Made by a program: the position numbers and the translations under genes
Shown here: piece after piece, positions 30,427-43,714 of the stretch
Layout of the letters: each line of letters begins with the position of its first letter
How positions within the stretch are numbered: position 1 is the first letter of the stretch
Notes under the pieces: model-generated
The model's input: only the letters and a program-made list of their open reading frames with translations
Databases searched by the model: none
Told to the model about the DNA's origin: nothing
Assembly (NCBI RefSeq): GCF_032191835.1
Contig: NC_083224.1
Location: 51,460,001 to 51,524,000, forward strand
Source of the DNA: Heteronotia binoei
Taxonomy: Eukaryota
Direction: 5' to 3'
DNA length: 64,000 bases

Positions 30427-32965
30427 CCAGCGCTCTCTTTATTCTTATTCTGGCATGCTGCTGGAAGAAAAAAGAAGCCATGTATGGAGATGACAAATGG
30501 CACAGTCGTGTCTGGCGGTGTTGCTTCTGGCAATAAAGCGTGACCTGTAGAAATGCTACAGCTGTTACGACCATCTCTGGAGAGAAGGGGGTGGGGTGAG
30601 CGATAAGCCTGCGGTGAGGTTTCAGAAGACTAGCCCACCCCTCTTCTTTACCTCTTTTGTGGAACACCTCCAGATGCTGGTGATTCATATAGACAACTTA
30701 GCTTCCTGTTTGTTTCCATTGTTAGTTAGCCCTGGGCACTGTTGATAGTTTTATTTTGAGGAGGAGGAGGGGGTTGCTCTTCAGTTCTTTAGACCTTGCA
30801 ACGCACCTGCTTGATCTTTCAGACTGCCTTTCATTAGGCTGTGTATGAATTGCCATCAAATGGTGAGGGGGGAATGCTACAAAATATGGGGGAATGGGAG
30901 CCATTTAATTGGATTGTATTTGGCAGCAGGATTTGAGCGTTTTGTGTTGGTATTGATTTTCTGCGTCATGGAGTCAGATACCATGGTGATGGGCAGCAGT
31001 GTAAAACCAGAGATGGGTGGGTGGTTTATGTTCAGGCCCACTAACTTAGTCCCAAATAACACCCTGCCTGATAGGGAGCCACAAATGTGGGCGATGCGCT
31101 TTCCCCCCTTTCTTCCTTTGGAACATGGTAGAAAGTGAATAACTCAGACTGGATTTTGGCATTGTTAAGAATAGCTCAGAGGAGGGAGCTTTCTGAGCAG
31201 CCCTGATAGAGGTAGACAGATACCTGTCTGGGTATAGAAACAATTGTTTTTTGAGAGAACATGTGCTCCAGTGCAAGAGAAAACTTAAGGATTTTTGCCA
31301 GCTCACATGGCTGAGACTCATGTTTGAAGCCTCCGTTGTACTCTATCAGTTTCCTCTGTTGTGCCTTGCAGTCTTTCTGTAAATCGTGTGGAGGCTCTGC
31401 AACCTAAACCAAAAGCGTGAGTGAACGTGATGAAGTTGAAAACTGAAATATGTATGTATATCTATATGATGTCTTTGCCTAAGAAAAACAGGGCTGATGT
31501 GTAGCAGCTGAGAGGGGAGATTTGACAGCTGTGGTGTGCCATACGCCTGGGTGTGGGGAGTGTGCGTGCACAATGACTAGCTGAGCATGTGGTGGCTCAC
31601 TCGTGTGTAGAAATGTGATGAGCAGTGGTGTATGTGGGGTGTGTGCATGTGTGTGTGTCTGCGTGAGGAGAGTGTTGAAAGCAGCCCTACTGCAAAGAGG
31701 GGAGTGTTCATGCATGCGTGGTCCCTGGATAGGGCAAATCTTTGTCAGTCAGTAGCAATCCCATGCCTTGTAGCAGCAGAGTGGGAGGGTGAATCAAAGC
31801 AGTGGATGGGGCAGATGCTCATAAATATATTTCACAGGCGTTTTCCTTTTAAATTTAGCAGGCATGTGGGAAGGTAGGGGAGAGGGCTGCCTGACAAAAT
31901 CTGACGAAACATGAAAGTGTGGCTTGTGTTTTCAGATATCCTATTGGTAGTAGAAAAGGGTAATCAATGGAGAACAAGAGGAGGGGAGTACAGATAGCTG
32001 TGGGCTTCCTTTCTAGCAAGGCTTGCTTGCCTTGTGATGACCTTGGAAATGCTTGCCAGCTATGGAGACTTCAGTGTAGATTCTCAAACATGAAACCATA
32101 TGGATATGGGAGGTTGGAAGGGTGTGAGAAGGAACTTCAGAGCAGCTAGGGAAAGCAGTTCTCGTTAAAGGTTAGAGAGTGGGCGTAAAAAAAAGAAATC
32201 CCAGAGCAGAAATGAACCATGCAACTTCTTTGTTGACAATCCATTTTTCCTCCTTGCGTTTAGGGATCTTGTTCTTACCAGTTTCATTACATATGGTAGC
32301 TCTCACTGTGCCTTACAGTATGTCATGGGATCACACCATTATGGCCCGAACTTGCATGCTAAAGCAACTAACAGTTGGAGCATAAAATGACCCAGCTAAT
32401 CCCTATTTTGTTTCTGTCCCTGATGGTACTTTGTTTTCAGTTTCCCACTGAGAATTTGCAGCAAAGAGGAACATGTGCAGTGGCCTAAAAAGATCAGCAG
32501 GGGGTGCTGTGGGGTAAAGTGCTATTTTCATCAAAAAGCGATTGTGTGGGGGATGTGAGGACTGAGACACCTGCAGCCCTTTGCAGACAATGGTATTGAA
32601 TCTCAGTCTATATTGGGTAATCTCTCACTGTCTGCTTAATCTTGGGGCAACACAGATCGAGGATTCCGGTGCTTTGCAGCACCTCTGTTTTCCTGCGTTA
32701 CAAAATACCTCAATCTGCAAAATACCTGTTTGTGTAGCATCTCCTGTAACTGGTTGGTGATGAATACCATTGCCAAAAAGCAAAAACTCAACTGATATGG
32801 AAGTCAAAATGACTCAGGAGGTACAGATGTGTGGCAAATGTAAACTCAAACAATGTGTTTATTTTAGAGCATCACACAACAACTCAGGCTTCTATATAAA
32901 CAAAATCTGTGCAAGAAAGGGGTGTGTGCAGGCAAGGAAGCAAGGGTGCCCAAAGAGCCTTTCAG

Positions 32966-33085
32966 GTAAGTAGCCGTGTTGATCTGCAGTAGGACAGCTA
33001 GATTGGAGTTCAGCAGCACCTTAGAGACTAACAAAATCCTTGGGCTGTGAGCTGCTGAGTCAGAGCTTCCTTCGTCAGATCCAGG
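32966..33085 (-). mobile_element. Penelope-like element terminal repeat fragment
   Basis: gtagccgtgttgatctgcagtag...agcaccttagagactaacaaaat...ttcgtcagat, with an eroded hammerhead core. Confidence 0.7.
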
Positions 33086-35424
33086 TAGGAGTGGAAATCC
33101 TAGAGTCCTTATATCCCTGTTGGAAGGCAGGAAGGGTGTCGCAAAGAAGGGAGTCGGGAGGATGCAGAGGTGCCATGCAAGTGGCAATCAGCTTGATTAC
33201 AGGGGGGGGGGTGTGCAGGGAGGAATGCCTTAGGGGCAGAAAATGAGCACCTGTAGACAGGAAAGAATCCTATTTTGGGGAGAGGGGATGTCCCTAGTTT
33301 TGAATTTGTGAATGAACTCAAGTTCAAAAAACCACCTTATTTGAACTTAGTAATTACTAGGGATGAGAGAGTCCAAGCTGAGGCTGGCGCATGGTGAAGG
33401 AGCTCACATTCATGTTGTCCCACCACAAAGCTGCTGCAGGTGGTTCAAATAATGATGCCAGGTCAAGCCATTGCAGGTGCACTCAGCCATCTAGCAATGC
33501 AATAATTATATTTTTGTATTTACATATACAAGGTATTACGTTACTCAACTGTAGGATAGGTTTGTTATTACTTTGTTAAATCTTTCCTCCCAGAGTAGCA
33601 TTTTAGACTTAAAGAAACCCATCAAGATTGGTTAGATTAAAAGGTAGTGACTTAGCTGTGGGGATCCAGTGAGCTTCAGAAATGAATATGGATTTGAACC
33701 TGCATTTCCCATATGTCAACCCAGCATTCTAGCCACTGTGCCACTGTGCCCTTGAGATGGGCTTGGATTTAGCCACCACAGTAAAGTTCCCCAACCAGTT
33801 AATCAAATAGGAATGTCTTTTGTAGTCTATGAATAAGCTTTACGCACCTGAATAACATGGACTTTGTGGGGAAACATCCACAGAAAAATGCATGAAGTAT
33901 TTAACTTTTACCCTTACCACATTTGCTTCTACATTTAATCTCATGATCCACATCAAAGGTACAACGTGGGCTGGCTAACTTCATGGCATCTGTACCACAA
34001 AAGGAGTCAAAAGCCCATTGGTGCTTGGCCCCAAATAATAATTCCTCAACCTTGATAAAAGACTAAATGAAAATAGCATATCATCTCATGACTAAGATTC
34101 TTGAAGTTCAAGAGAGTGAAAGTCTTAAACTTGACTAGCAGTGAAATGATGTTTACTACAGTTGTTATTTTAAAACTTTTAAAAAATAATCTGAATAATG
34201 CCAGGCACTGCACAGTATATAGATATGACATTGTAGCTCTCCAGAAGGCTTTTTACAAGGTGTGGGGAGGGGATGCCTGTCTTTAGAAATTCCACTAAAA
34301 GTGGAGACAACCAAAATACATGACACCTATATCGTGCTTTTGGTAAAGACAAGTGATCATGGCCAACAGCTATAGCCAACTGTTTTGAGAACATAACACC
34401 TTCTTTTGGGTCTTGTTGATAATGCGTGTGAAGCAAGAGGCCTTCACCACATCTGGAACCTGCTGATGTAAATGAGCAACATGCCATTAACTGCAGTGGA
34501 ATTATGCAGTTATGGAAAGGAATAGATCATTTGTCCTTTAATGCTGCAAGTACATTTTGTGCTGAACATACCAAGCCCTTTGTGTCTCTGTAGTGGAGCC
34601 TTTAAATGGAACAAATTGGCAGAGGAATTGTAAGTGAAATTCACTTCCTGTGTGGAGGACTAGCAAAAATGCTTGCAACTGCGCCTCATATGTCTGCTAA
34701 GGTTAAAGTGTGAGCAGAATCTCAGAAATAAGAGATGCTTTGGAGGTTTCTTGTCTGTTGTGTTCAGTGCTGTTAAAATCTGGAATAAAGGGAGGAAATC
34801 TCTCCAAAAATAAGGAACATTTGGCAAGGCCTACACAACATAAGGACAGAAATGGAACTTTTACATCAAAGCATTTTGAATTGTGTGCCTATCTTACAAA
34901 TGTGTGAAGCAGGGGCAGGAGGGAGGGGTCAAACCAGTTGAGATGCTCTTCTGAGCTCAACTTTAAAAAAAAACAGCCACTAGGGGAACCCCCAGTGCTT
35001 GTTCAGATTATTTTTCAGATTGGGAATGGGATGATGGATTTGAGATTTCCCCAGCCCTGTTTGTTAAATCTTAAATCCCCTCTCCCCCCTAGAGCTTCCA
35101 TGTATCCTTTTGGGGAAAACATACAGCTGCAGTGGCTTTTATTTAAGACAAGCAGGATTGATTGTGTACTCTTGTAACTAAATAGAAATGGTTTACTTTT
35201 CTGCCTCATAGTCATAGGTTTCTGCTGACTTTATGAGGGCATGTTGGCTAGTCTGACATTTCAGATGTGAGTTACAGGGTGTGGCAAAGACAAAGGCTTT
35301 CATTGCAGCACAGGTAGACTTTAACAGAGTCCAAATTAGTGCTGGATATGTTCACTGTTAATTTGAATATCTCTAGTTTTGAAAAGCAGAATATTTTAAG
35401 AGTGCTTGTTTTGATTACCTATAG

Positions 35425-35560
35425 CAGGGGTGGCCAACAATAGCTCTCCAGAAGTTTTTTGCCTACAACTTCCATCAGCCCCAGCCATTGGCCATGCTGG
35501 CTGGGGCTGATAGGAGATGTAGGCAAAAAACATCTGGAGAGCTACCGTTGGCCATCCCTG
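35425..35560. mobile_element. hAT MITE (136 bp)
   Basis: TIR caggggtggccaac / gttggccatccctg. Perfect 8-bp TSD acctatag. Confidence 0.92.
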
Positions 35561-37270
35561 ACCTATAGCAATGGCCATCAACCCAGGAGGGGAATCACCT
35601 TTTTATTTAATGCAAAGGGATTTGTGCCTTTGACATGCACATGTGGTATATGCACCCTTTTAATAGTTCATAATGCTGTTCGCAGTCAATGTGTGTGATC
35701 TCAAACATGGGGATGGGGAAGTACATGATGGCACCCTTCCATGTAGGTGAGCTATTCCCAGGTCTCGTGCTTCACAAACACAATTCATTCTGTGTTACAA
35801 CAGTGGTTTTATATGTTGGCACAGTACCATATTGAGGGAAGATGGCTGTTCCCTGGTTCATCTTTTTCCACATTGCTATGACAGCACAATGTCCTAGGAA
35901 GCATGTGACTGTAGGTGACTGGATAGGGATGCATCCTAAGATGTCCTTCCACATCTGGAAGATGCCTTTTCGCTTTCAAAAAGGGCACTTAAAAACCTCA
36001 CACCAGAATGTTGCTTGGAAAAAACAGAACCTAACTTCAAAGATATTCCTCCTCTTCTGCAAGCTCTCATCTGTTACAACATTATGCAAACTCTTCTGTG
36101 AGAGCTTGCACAAACATTAGCAGAACGGTCCTAGTATCTGTTTCCCTTCCTCTCATGGTGTTTTGAATCCAACCCATAACTCTTGGTGTGGCCCATCCTG
36201 CATACCTATTACCCAATGCCAAGGTCCATAAAATCCAGGCAGTTTTCCTGGGTAAATGAATGTTTAGTCCAGTAAGTGGCTGTGATTGAGCAAACCCATT
36301 CAGATACTGGTCCATCCAGTTTGATGCATATCGGCAAAGGTTAATTCTCCGTGCATTGTGCTTTACTCCTCACAACACCAAGAACAGCAAAATTGCTTTA
36401 TTTTCCAGCCAGTGGCAATTGTGCAGCAGGTTTGGAAGTAAGCACTCCATGCATTCTTTAAATTGCCTGCAATCAGGCATTTTCTGAACACTGAGGGAGG
36501 CAAGGGTTACACTGATTTTTTTAAGCTTGTTTTCCTTGAGGACAAATAGCCAAAGTTCATCTCTCTTATGGGTGTTAGTCAGCTGTCTCAAGATGCAAGA
36601 ACTGATACTAGATTTTAGAGTATCTCTTTAGCTCTTTCACACTCCTTTAAGAAACTCACAGAAACTAGTGCCTCTTTCATAGATAGCTGAACCCAGGAAT
36701 CCTTTATTACAGATCATGTTGTGTCCATCCTCTTAAAATTACACTAACATTATTTTTGAATCCAGTTCAAAGTCCTGCCCTTTCATCCATAAATTGATTC
36801 TAACAGGACTTGAGAAACACATTTTCCCCATCATCTTCTCTACCTCCTCATTATTCTAGTTTTCAAAAGCTGTTTCTGTCAATTTCACTGTCTAAAAATG
36901 TGGAAGTTTTGACAAACCACACTCGCCTTCTCCCTTGTATTTAATTTTGCATTTGTAGACAGAGACCTTCCTTTACTGAAAGGCAAGGCATGGAATTGGC
37001 ATCCTAGATCTGAACCTGGTACTTTCTAGAAGACAAATTTCTTTTTTCCTGACACAGAAAATATCAAAAAGCAAGGCTACTCTCTACCTTAGGCAAGTGT
37101 TGCCTAGAAGCACCTAATATTCTGATTAATTGAAGTTTATTCAGAAGTATGCTTTAATTTCAATGAACCTTCACCTCGGGGAAGTCTTCATAGAGTTGCA
37201 GTCTCACTCTCCAACCACCCCCATGACTTTCCATTTGCACAATATCTTCTTAACCACTACACCAAATTGA

Positions 37271-37550
37271 GACCCAGTGGTGTAGTGGTTAAGTGCAGAT
37301 ACTTTTATGTGAGAAAAGCAGGTTTGATTCCCCACTCCTTCACATGCAACTGCTGATGTGACCTTGAGTCAGTCACAGGTTCTTGCAGAGCTGTTCCTCT
37401 CAAGAGCAGTTTCTGCCAGAGCTCTCTCAGCTCCACTTACCTCACAGGGTATCTGTTGTGGGGAGGGGAAGGAGATTGTAAACCACTCTGAGACTCCTTC
37501 AGGTAGTGAAGGTGGGGTATAAATCCAATATCTTCCTCCTCTTCTTCTTT
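37271..37550 (+). mobile_element. Squam3-type SINE with an inverted copy of its head immediately upstream
   Basis: A and B boxes and tail as in 22653-22937. Confidence 0.85.
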
Positions 37551-40329
37551 GCTGCCACCTTAGAACTTGAATTCAAAACAACCATTCAAACAGAACAAAT
37601 TTTACAATAAAAAGAAAACTTGCAGGAAAACCAATAGAGACAATTTTCCCTAATTAAAATAAAGAAGAAAAAAGTAATAATTTGCACATTTCATTTTCAG
37701 CACCCAAGTTGTGTACTAATTGTATAAATTTAGGAGTTTTAATGCAAAATTCCATATTCAGAGGCCTTTAGGTGTAATCCTAATGGAAATCCACATTTCA
37801 CTTCATAGGATATTCATAGAAAACACACTATTATGCTGTAAGAGCTATTCTGTATCATCTTCAAATGGTATGCTAATAAATGATTCGCATTTGGCTGGGT
37901 GTTGCTGGGAATTCAATCCTTCCTGAAACCAAATGGTGTCATTTTGCTGTGTGTTATTTGCGTTTCATGGTTTGTAAATGGTTTTTTTTAAAAAAGCTTT
38001 ATTTTTAAACTCAGCTGGATGGCTCTGTAGATAACATCTCTTGTTGCTGGAATTGAAAGCATATGAGGAAAGTCTCATAAATGTCATGTATGGCTTTGCA
38101 TGGTATATTAAAAAGAACAATTAGGAGGCCTAAGACATATGCAAGCTCTTTCTCACTCAGAGAATGTTAGATTCTTAGGGAATGTTAGATTCACAGCTGT
38201 AAAAGGACCAACAATCACATTTTTGCCTTGCCCAAAGAACTGGGCAAATTACAGAAGGGTCATTCCATGTTGCCATCACAACACACCTGTGAGCAAACTG
38301 AGGTTGATTAATTATCTCCAGTTCACCCAGCAAGCTTCACAGCTGAATGGGGATGAGTCACATGATTCAACATACCATCCACTACTCCACACAGGCTGAA
38401 ACTGTAGGAGACATGTGGCTGCCACTGAAAACAGCAGCCTGACATTTTTTCCTCTCTCTCCAAGTAATAGAAGATGGAATTGCTATTTCTGACAGTAGCC
38501 ACAGGTAATCTCTAACATTTTACAGCCTGAATTGCCTATTTAAATGTTTGTGATGACAAGAATTTCAGCATTGAGGATTATTGTAGGTGAGATTTAGGCC
38601 CTATTAGTGTGTTAAACCCTTGCATGGGTGTCTGGTGGCATGTGTCCCAGATGGCCCTGGAGACAGGGCACTTCTTTTTTGTCCCCTCTCAGCCACAGGT
38701 GACTGAGGAATTGGAGGCTGTATTATTTGAATCTGGCCCAGAGTTTTGTTTTTGTAACCATTGTTAAAATGGCCTGCAAGGTGCCTTAGGAACAGTTTTC
38801 ACAGACTCGGCCCAGTGGTCCAATGGTTGTTAGTAGTGGTTCAAAGACTCAGGAGGAAGTTGTTTCAAGCCCTTCTATTTCTGATGTTTTAACTGAAGAA
38901 ATGGGAATTACACCTGTGATCTTACACATATTAATGCTGTTTCCTATAACAAGCAACAAAAAATCAAGATCTATCTATGTTCAGCATAGGTTCTATTTAA
39001 CTTTATCAATATGGAGGGGAAATCATTGTAAAACTAGGGCATAGGGGTGTTTTGTAAAGTGTGTTTTGGTGAATGTAGCGGTTGGGGGAGGGGGCTGCAA
39101 AGTAGATTGAAAATGCTCATGAAACTTTAGATTTAGGGGGAAACCTAGGATAAACAAATGGTAAACAACATGCAAAAAAAAAGTTAAGGAAGGAATTGTG
39201 CAACTTTCATGTTCCCTTTCATAAAAGAATTTTCTGTGGTCAAACATTTAATGTAGCCCCGTGGAAAATTCATCAGCCATCATTTTTCAATCTGTTTTGG
39301 CAACTAGGGTGACACACCCAGAGAATTTTCTTCTGCAAATAATTTAAAAATTCACCAATGTGAACCCATTTGCTGCTCCTTTTTGCAAGATGGTGATGGA
39401 CATCAGGGTAGATTGATTTAAATTAAGGGAATTTAAATTGAGTTTCCTGTACTGAAATTCATAACTTTTATTTAAAGCAAGCATGGACCTTAAAGAACCA
39501 AGCTAGACATTATATACTATATGCAATTTTACTGCCTTTTTGAAAAGAAAAGTTGCCTTAGGAGGCAGAGATCATGAAGGAGGACTGAGGAGCAACGGGA
39601 GAGGGGCCTTTTTCTGCTCAAAACTACCTCCATCTCAAGCTGCCTCTTGTTCATGATTACAACCTCTGCCTGTAATGTCTAGTTAGGTTTTAATTGTTGC
39701 TATAACAATTAAAGCATATTGGTTAGCCAACTGAATAGAGTTTCATTGTTCCTAAGAGAATTATTTAAAGCCTTTGATCATGCAGCCTTTTTCATGACAG
39801 AATTATATGTGCCTAGAGCCCTGGCTTGTGTTACTGAGTCTTGGGTAGATCACTTGAGATGCATTTGTTTGTCACAGCTGTTTCTCCCTGTGTTCTTGGT
39901 CCATTATAATTTTAAGCAAGATGCTTATGGAAGAAGTCACTGAGTTCTGTTGGAATATTATCTCCCTCTCCAGGTTTCTCCACTGGCATACTGGGTACAC
40001 AGGAAAGCCAAGATATTCTGCTAGTATATTTTCTAAACAGTGTCACTGCCCAAGCTGGTAAAGTTGATCATGGATTCTCAGCTCTTAATCGGGGGGGGGG
40101 GGGGGGACTTCAGTATTGGTACGAAGGCTGCTTCATTTATTTATTTATTTTCTTCAATTTATATCCCACCCTCCCTGCATGCAGGCTCAGTGTGTGTTAC
40201 AAAGTCACACGGGAATATCATGACAATACACAATATCAAATTCAGGCAATATAAAATTCAGTGGATTAAAATTTAAAATTTTATACTAGAAAAAACAAAG
40301 CAAAACCATCAAGAATGGCTCAAGACTTC

Positions 40330-40806
40330 TTGTCTGCCATATTACAGGATTATCCCAGAATGTTAACATGTTCCCCAGAGAGCACTTCAATCAGGTTCTC
40401 AAAATATTTTGGCTGTCCCTGGGCTAAAGAGGCTAGGCTTAATTCCGCCAGAGCAAGAGCCTTCTCAGTTGCAGCAGCAATATTTTGGAACACCCTCCCA
40501 GAAGCCATCAGAATGGAGTTGTTCCGCCAGGCTTTTAGCTGAGGTCGCAGGCGTCTATTCTTGATTTGGTTGGCCTCCCCGGCCAACACTGTCATCTGTA
40601 CTAGGAATTGGAACAAAAACTGCCATCCCTATGAGATATCATGATGTGAGATGGCTAGGTTGGGCAATATGTGATGTCATGGTAATCTGAGTGCTGTTGA
40701 GTTGTCTGTTTTAAAATGTTTTAATTGTATTTTATTGTTATATGTTGTACTCCACCCTGAGCCCTACGGGGAATGGGCAGAATAGAAATTTACTAAAATA
40801 AATAAA
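40330..40806 (+). mobile_element. L2 LINE 3' fragment
   Basis: ARLNSARARAFSVAAAIFWNTLPEAIR, with a tail ending gggcagaatagaaatttactaaaataaataaat. Confidence 0.75.
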
Positions 40807-41934
40807 TCAGGGCCCTGCGGGACTTATCACAGTTCCGCAGGGCCTGCAAGACTGAACTGTTTTGGATGGCATATAACATCTAACAGGAGAGGGCTGCCAC
40901 TGCATCTGGATCTGTCGCGTTTCAGTACTAACTGCCTAGGATCTGTACGTGTTGCCTGAAAAGATGAAGTAGCACCATGGCAATTTTATTTGATTGTTTT
41001 ATTGTTTTAATAATGCTTATTGTTTGTTGTGTATTTTATGTTGTTAGCCACTTTAAGTCTACATAGAATGGGTGGGATATAAATATAACATAAATAAATA
41101 ACAGTCTCACACACATGTAGACATCTGTCTACATATGTCAGGTTACACAGCTCAGCAGCTAAATGGTGATCCATGGGGTGGTTGAAGTCTCTACAGGTCC
41201 GTTTTAATTTCTGGTGGGGTTTAGACTTCAAGGTCCCTGGGTCTTCTGCAGGAATTGGGGGCCAGATAGATTAGTATGCCCTGGAAGGCTGATGGATCTT
41301 ATGGCTCTGAGGGAGTTTTCAGTTGGAATGGCTTGTACTTATAATCTTGTACTTGATCTATAGAATGTGGAGATAACCCAGCTGTGGACACACATTCTTT
41401 GAGCCTTATCCTACAGAACAGAGTCCGCTTAACTCATTTTCATGCTGGGGAAGCTTGGGCAATCAAGTCTCATTGAAGTGGAGGAAAAGTCTGAGCAAGG
41501 CTGGCAGGTAGAACCTGGGCAGGACAGGACCACATTTTTGGACTTACTCTATGGCACTGATGACAGCTAAGAATATACTTTTCTTTCACTGCTGCCTGTG
41601 TGCGGTACTGACTGGTAGAACTGTTCAAAGTGATATCGGACTTGTACAAAAGCCCTCAAAGTGATTATGTTTGTCAGTTTTAACTTGTTGGTTCAACATT
41701 AAAACATACAAAGTTCTCGAATCCATGCAGGCTTGGATACCATTTTAGATATAATACAGTTAATTCCCCTGATACTTTCTAACTTATTTGATTCTCTCTA
41801 TGTCCTATTTGATGTACAATGTGACACTACCACCAACTTGTCCCTCCCTATCTTGCCTATAGAGCTTATATCCAGGAATGACTGTATCCCATAATTTTTT
41901 CCCCATTCCACCATGTTTCTGAGATACCTACTAT

Positions 41935-42116
41935 CAGGGCTCACTTTGTAGCAGGAGCTCCTTTGCATATTGGGCCATGCACCCGTGATGTAGCCAATCC
42001 TCCAAAAGCTTACAGGGCTCTTCTTACAGGGCCTACTGTAAGCTCTTGGAGGATTAGTTACATCAGGGGTGTGTAGTCTAATATGCAAAGGAGCTCCTGC
42101 TACAAAGTGAGCCCTG
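41935..42116. mobile_element. hAT MITE (182 bp, near-palindromic)
   Basis: 37-bp perfect TIR cagggctcactttgtagcaggagctcctttgcatatt. Perfect 8-bp TSD cctactat. Confidence 0.95.
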
Positions 42117-43714
42117 CCTACTATATCTAAATTGTCATTGAACACCAAGCACTCCAGCTCCCCCATCTTGGCTCAGAGACTTGTAGCATTGCCATATAGA
42201 CACCTATAATGTGTTTTCCCCTCCAGTAACCCTTGCCTCCTCCAGTTGCCATTGTGCTCTCACTCTCAAGTTCTATTACGCTCCTTTCAATATTACCATG
42301 AATGTTTGTGCAATCATCCCTTTGGCCTGACTTGTCCCAAACTAAAGGCTCCCCAGCTACATTTGGCTTTCTCCCCAGGATTAAGTTTCAGGTTGCTCTG
42401 AAACCTTTTTGATATTAGTTGCCAGCAGCCTGGTTCCCTTTTGGTTCAAGAGTGCTAACATTTTGGCCTGTCTCTTTTGTATTTGCTGGCAGCAGTTCAG
42501 GTATATGTTAGGCATTATCAAATAGCACAGAGGATATGAAAACACATTTGTTTTTGGAAAAAAATAAGGCAGTAGAAAGTGCATAAAGTTTTGTTTTGCA
42601 AAGACTGTTTGCTAGTTAGGATTATAACTAAGAAGGACACAAAAGGAACTGGTGTGCCAAAAAAGCCCAAGTGGAGTAGAAGAGTGGGCAAGGGAGGGAG
42701 CCCTTCTGTCTTCACCAGCTCCATGGGAACACCACCCCAAAGGTAAAAGTGGTGGAAGTCCCTTTCACATTAGCATCTCCAAATGGAAACATGCATGATT
42801 CTCAGGGAGATGAGCTGGTCTCTTTGCTGGAGATGGAGGGGGGAGAAGGTATATACACAGTACTGAGAAAACCCTTTTGTGGAGGAAACAGGCAAGAGGT
42901 CTTGTCAGAACAGAGGTACAGTTTGTTCAAACAAGGGTTTGTTCTGGTTGCATCTGGACCATGAATGGCAAATGAAGGAACTTAAGGCACTTTGGTTCTG
43001 CTTTCTCTTTAAGTTGTAACCAAAAGTGCATAAAAGCCCTTTGAAGGGTGGAGTGAAAAGAGGGGAAGGGAAACTCATCATTCTTATAGACACTTCGCAT
43101 GTTATTATCTAGATGAAAATATCAAGTAGCTTTTAATTAATTTTGAAAGGGCATGTTTTGAGGAAAATATCCCCAAAAAAGGACTTAAAAAAAAATAAGG
43201 TCACAGATATCTGGAAGGGTATCAGGAAGAACTGCATAATCATGGCCCCTTTAAAGAGAAAGCCCATAAATATTTTGGCCTGTCTATAGGCTACTACAGA
43301 CACAAGGTGCTGCTGCTGATGTAACCAGCCAGAAGTGTTAGTGCACTTCAGTGCCCATTTTCAGACGTATCTGAAATGATGACTGCAAGGCTTTAAAACA
43401 AAAAAGGCAAAAACCATAAACCGACTGGTCCAGATCCTAACCTTAGAATGATTTCGCTCCATCAGAGAAAAAAGTGGAAACAAAATAATCCTCAATGCCT
43501 TTTAGATACTATCAGGTTTGCTGACAAGATTGAGATTGAATAGGGAGAAGGATGACATAAAAGTTCAAAACTTTTCTGGTGCCAGCCCTCCAAGCCTGGT
43601 ACTCAGGAGTGTGATTCAAAGTAATGCTTTTGTTGTCAGAAAGATTGGCACTGGAAGAACTATGTAGAGAATTTTCTCAGTGAAGTGCTTGTCTTGGCTC
43701 ATGAGACCCTAGAG

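Noticed and set aside
33040-33082. Hammerhead ribozyme in the Penelope terminal repeat
   Set aside because: CUGACGA is present on the minus strand, but the GAAA half of the core is lost (gcagctca). Hammerheads in Penelope elements are already known.
41549-41660. Minus-strand exon candidate ending in GA|GTAAGT (GLLYKSDITL...CHQCHR)
   Set aside because: The donor is good, but the acceptor is weak and the peptide is not recognised.
41798-42166. 122-aa minus-strand ORF
   Set aside because: It runs through a palindromic hAT MITE and is a chance ORF.
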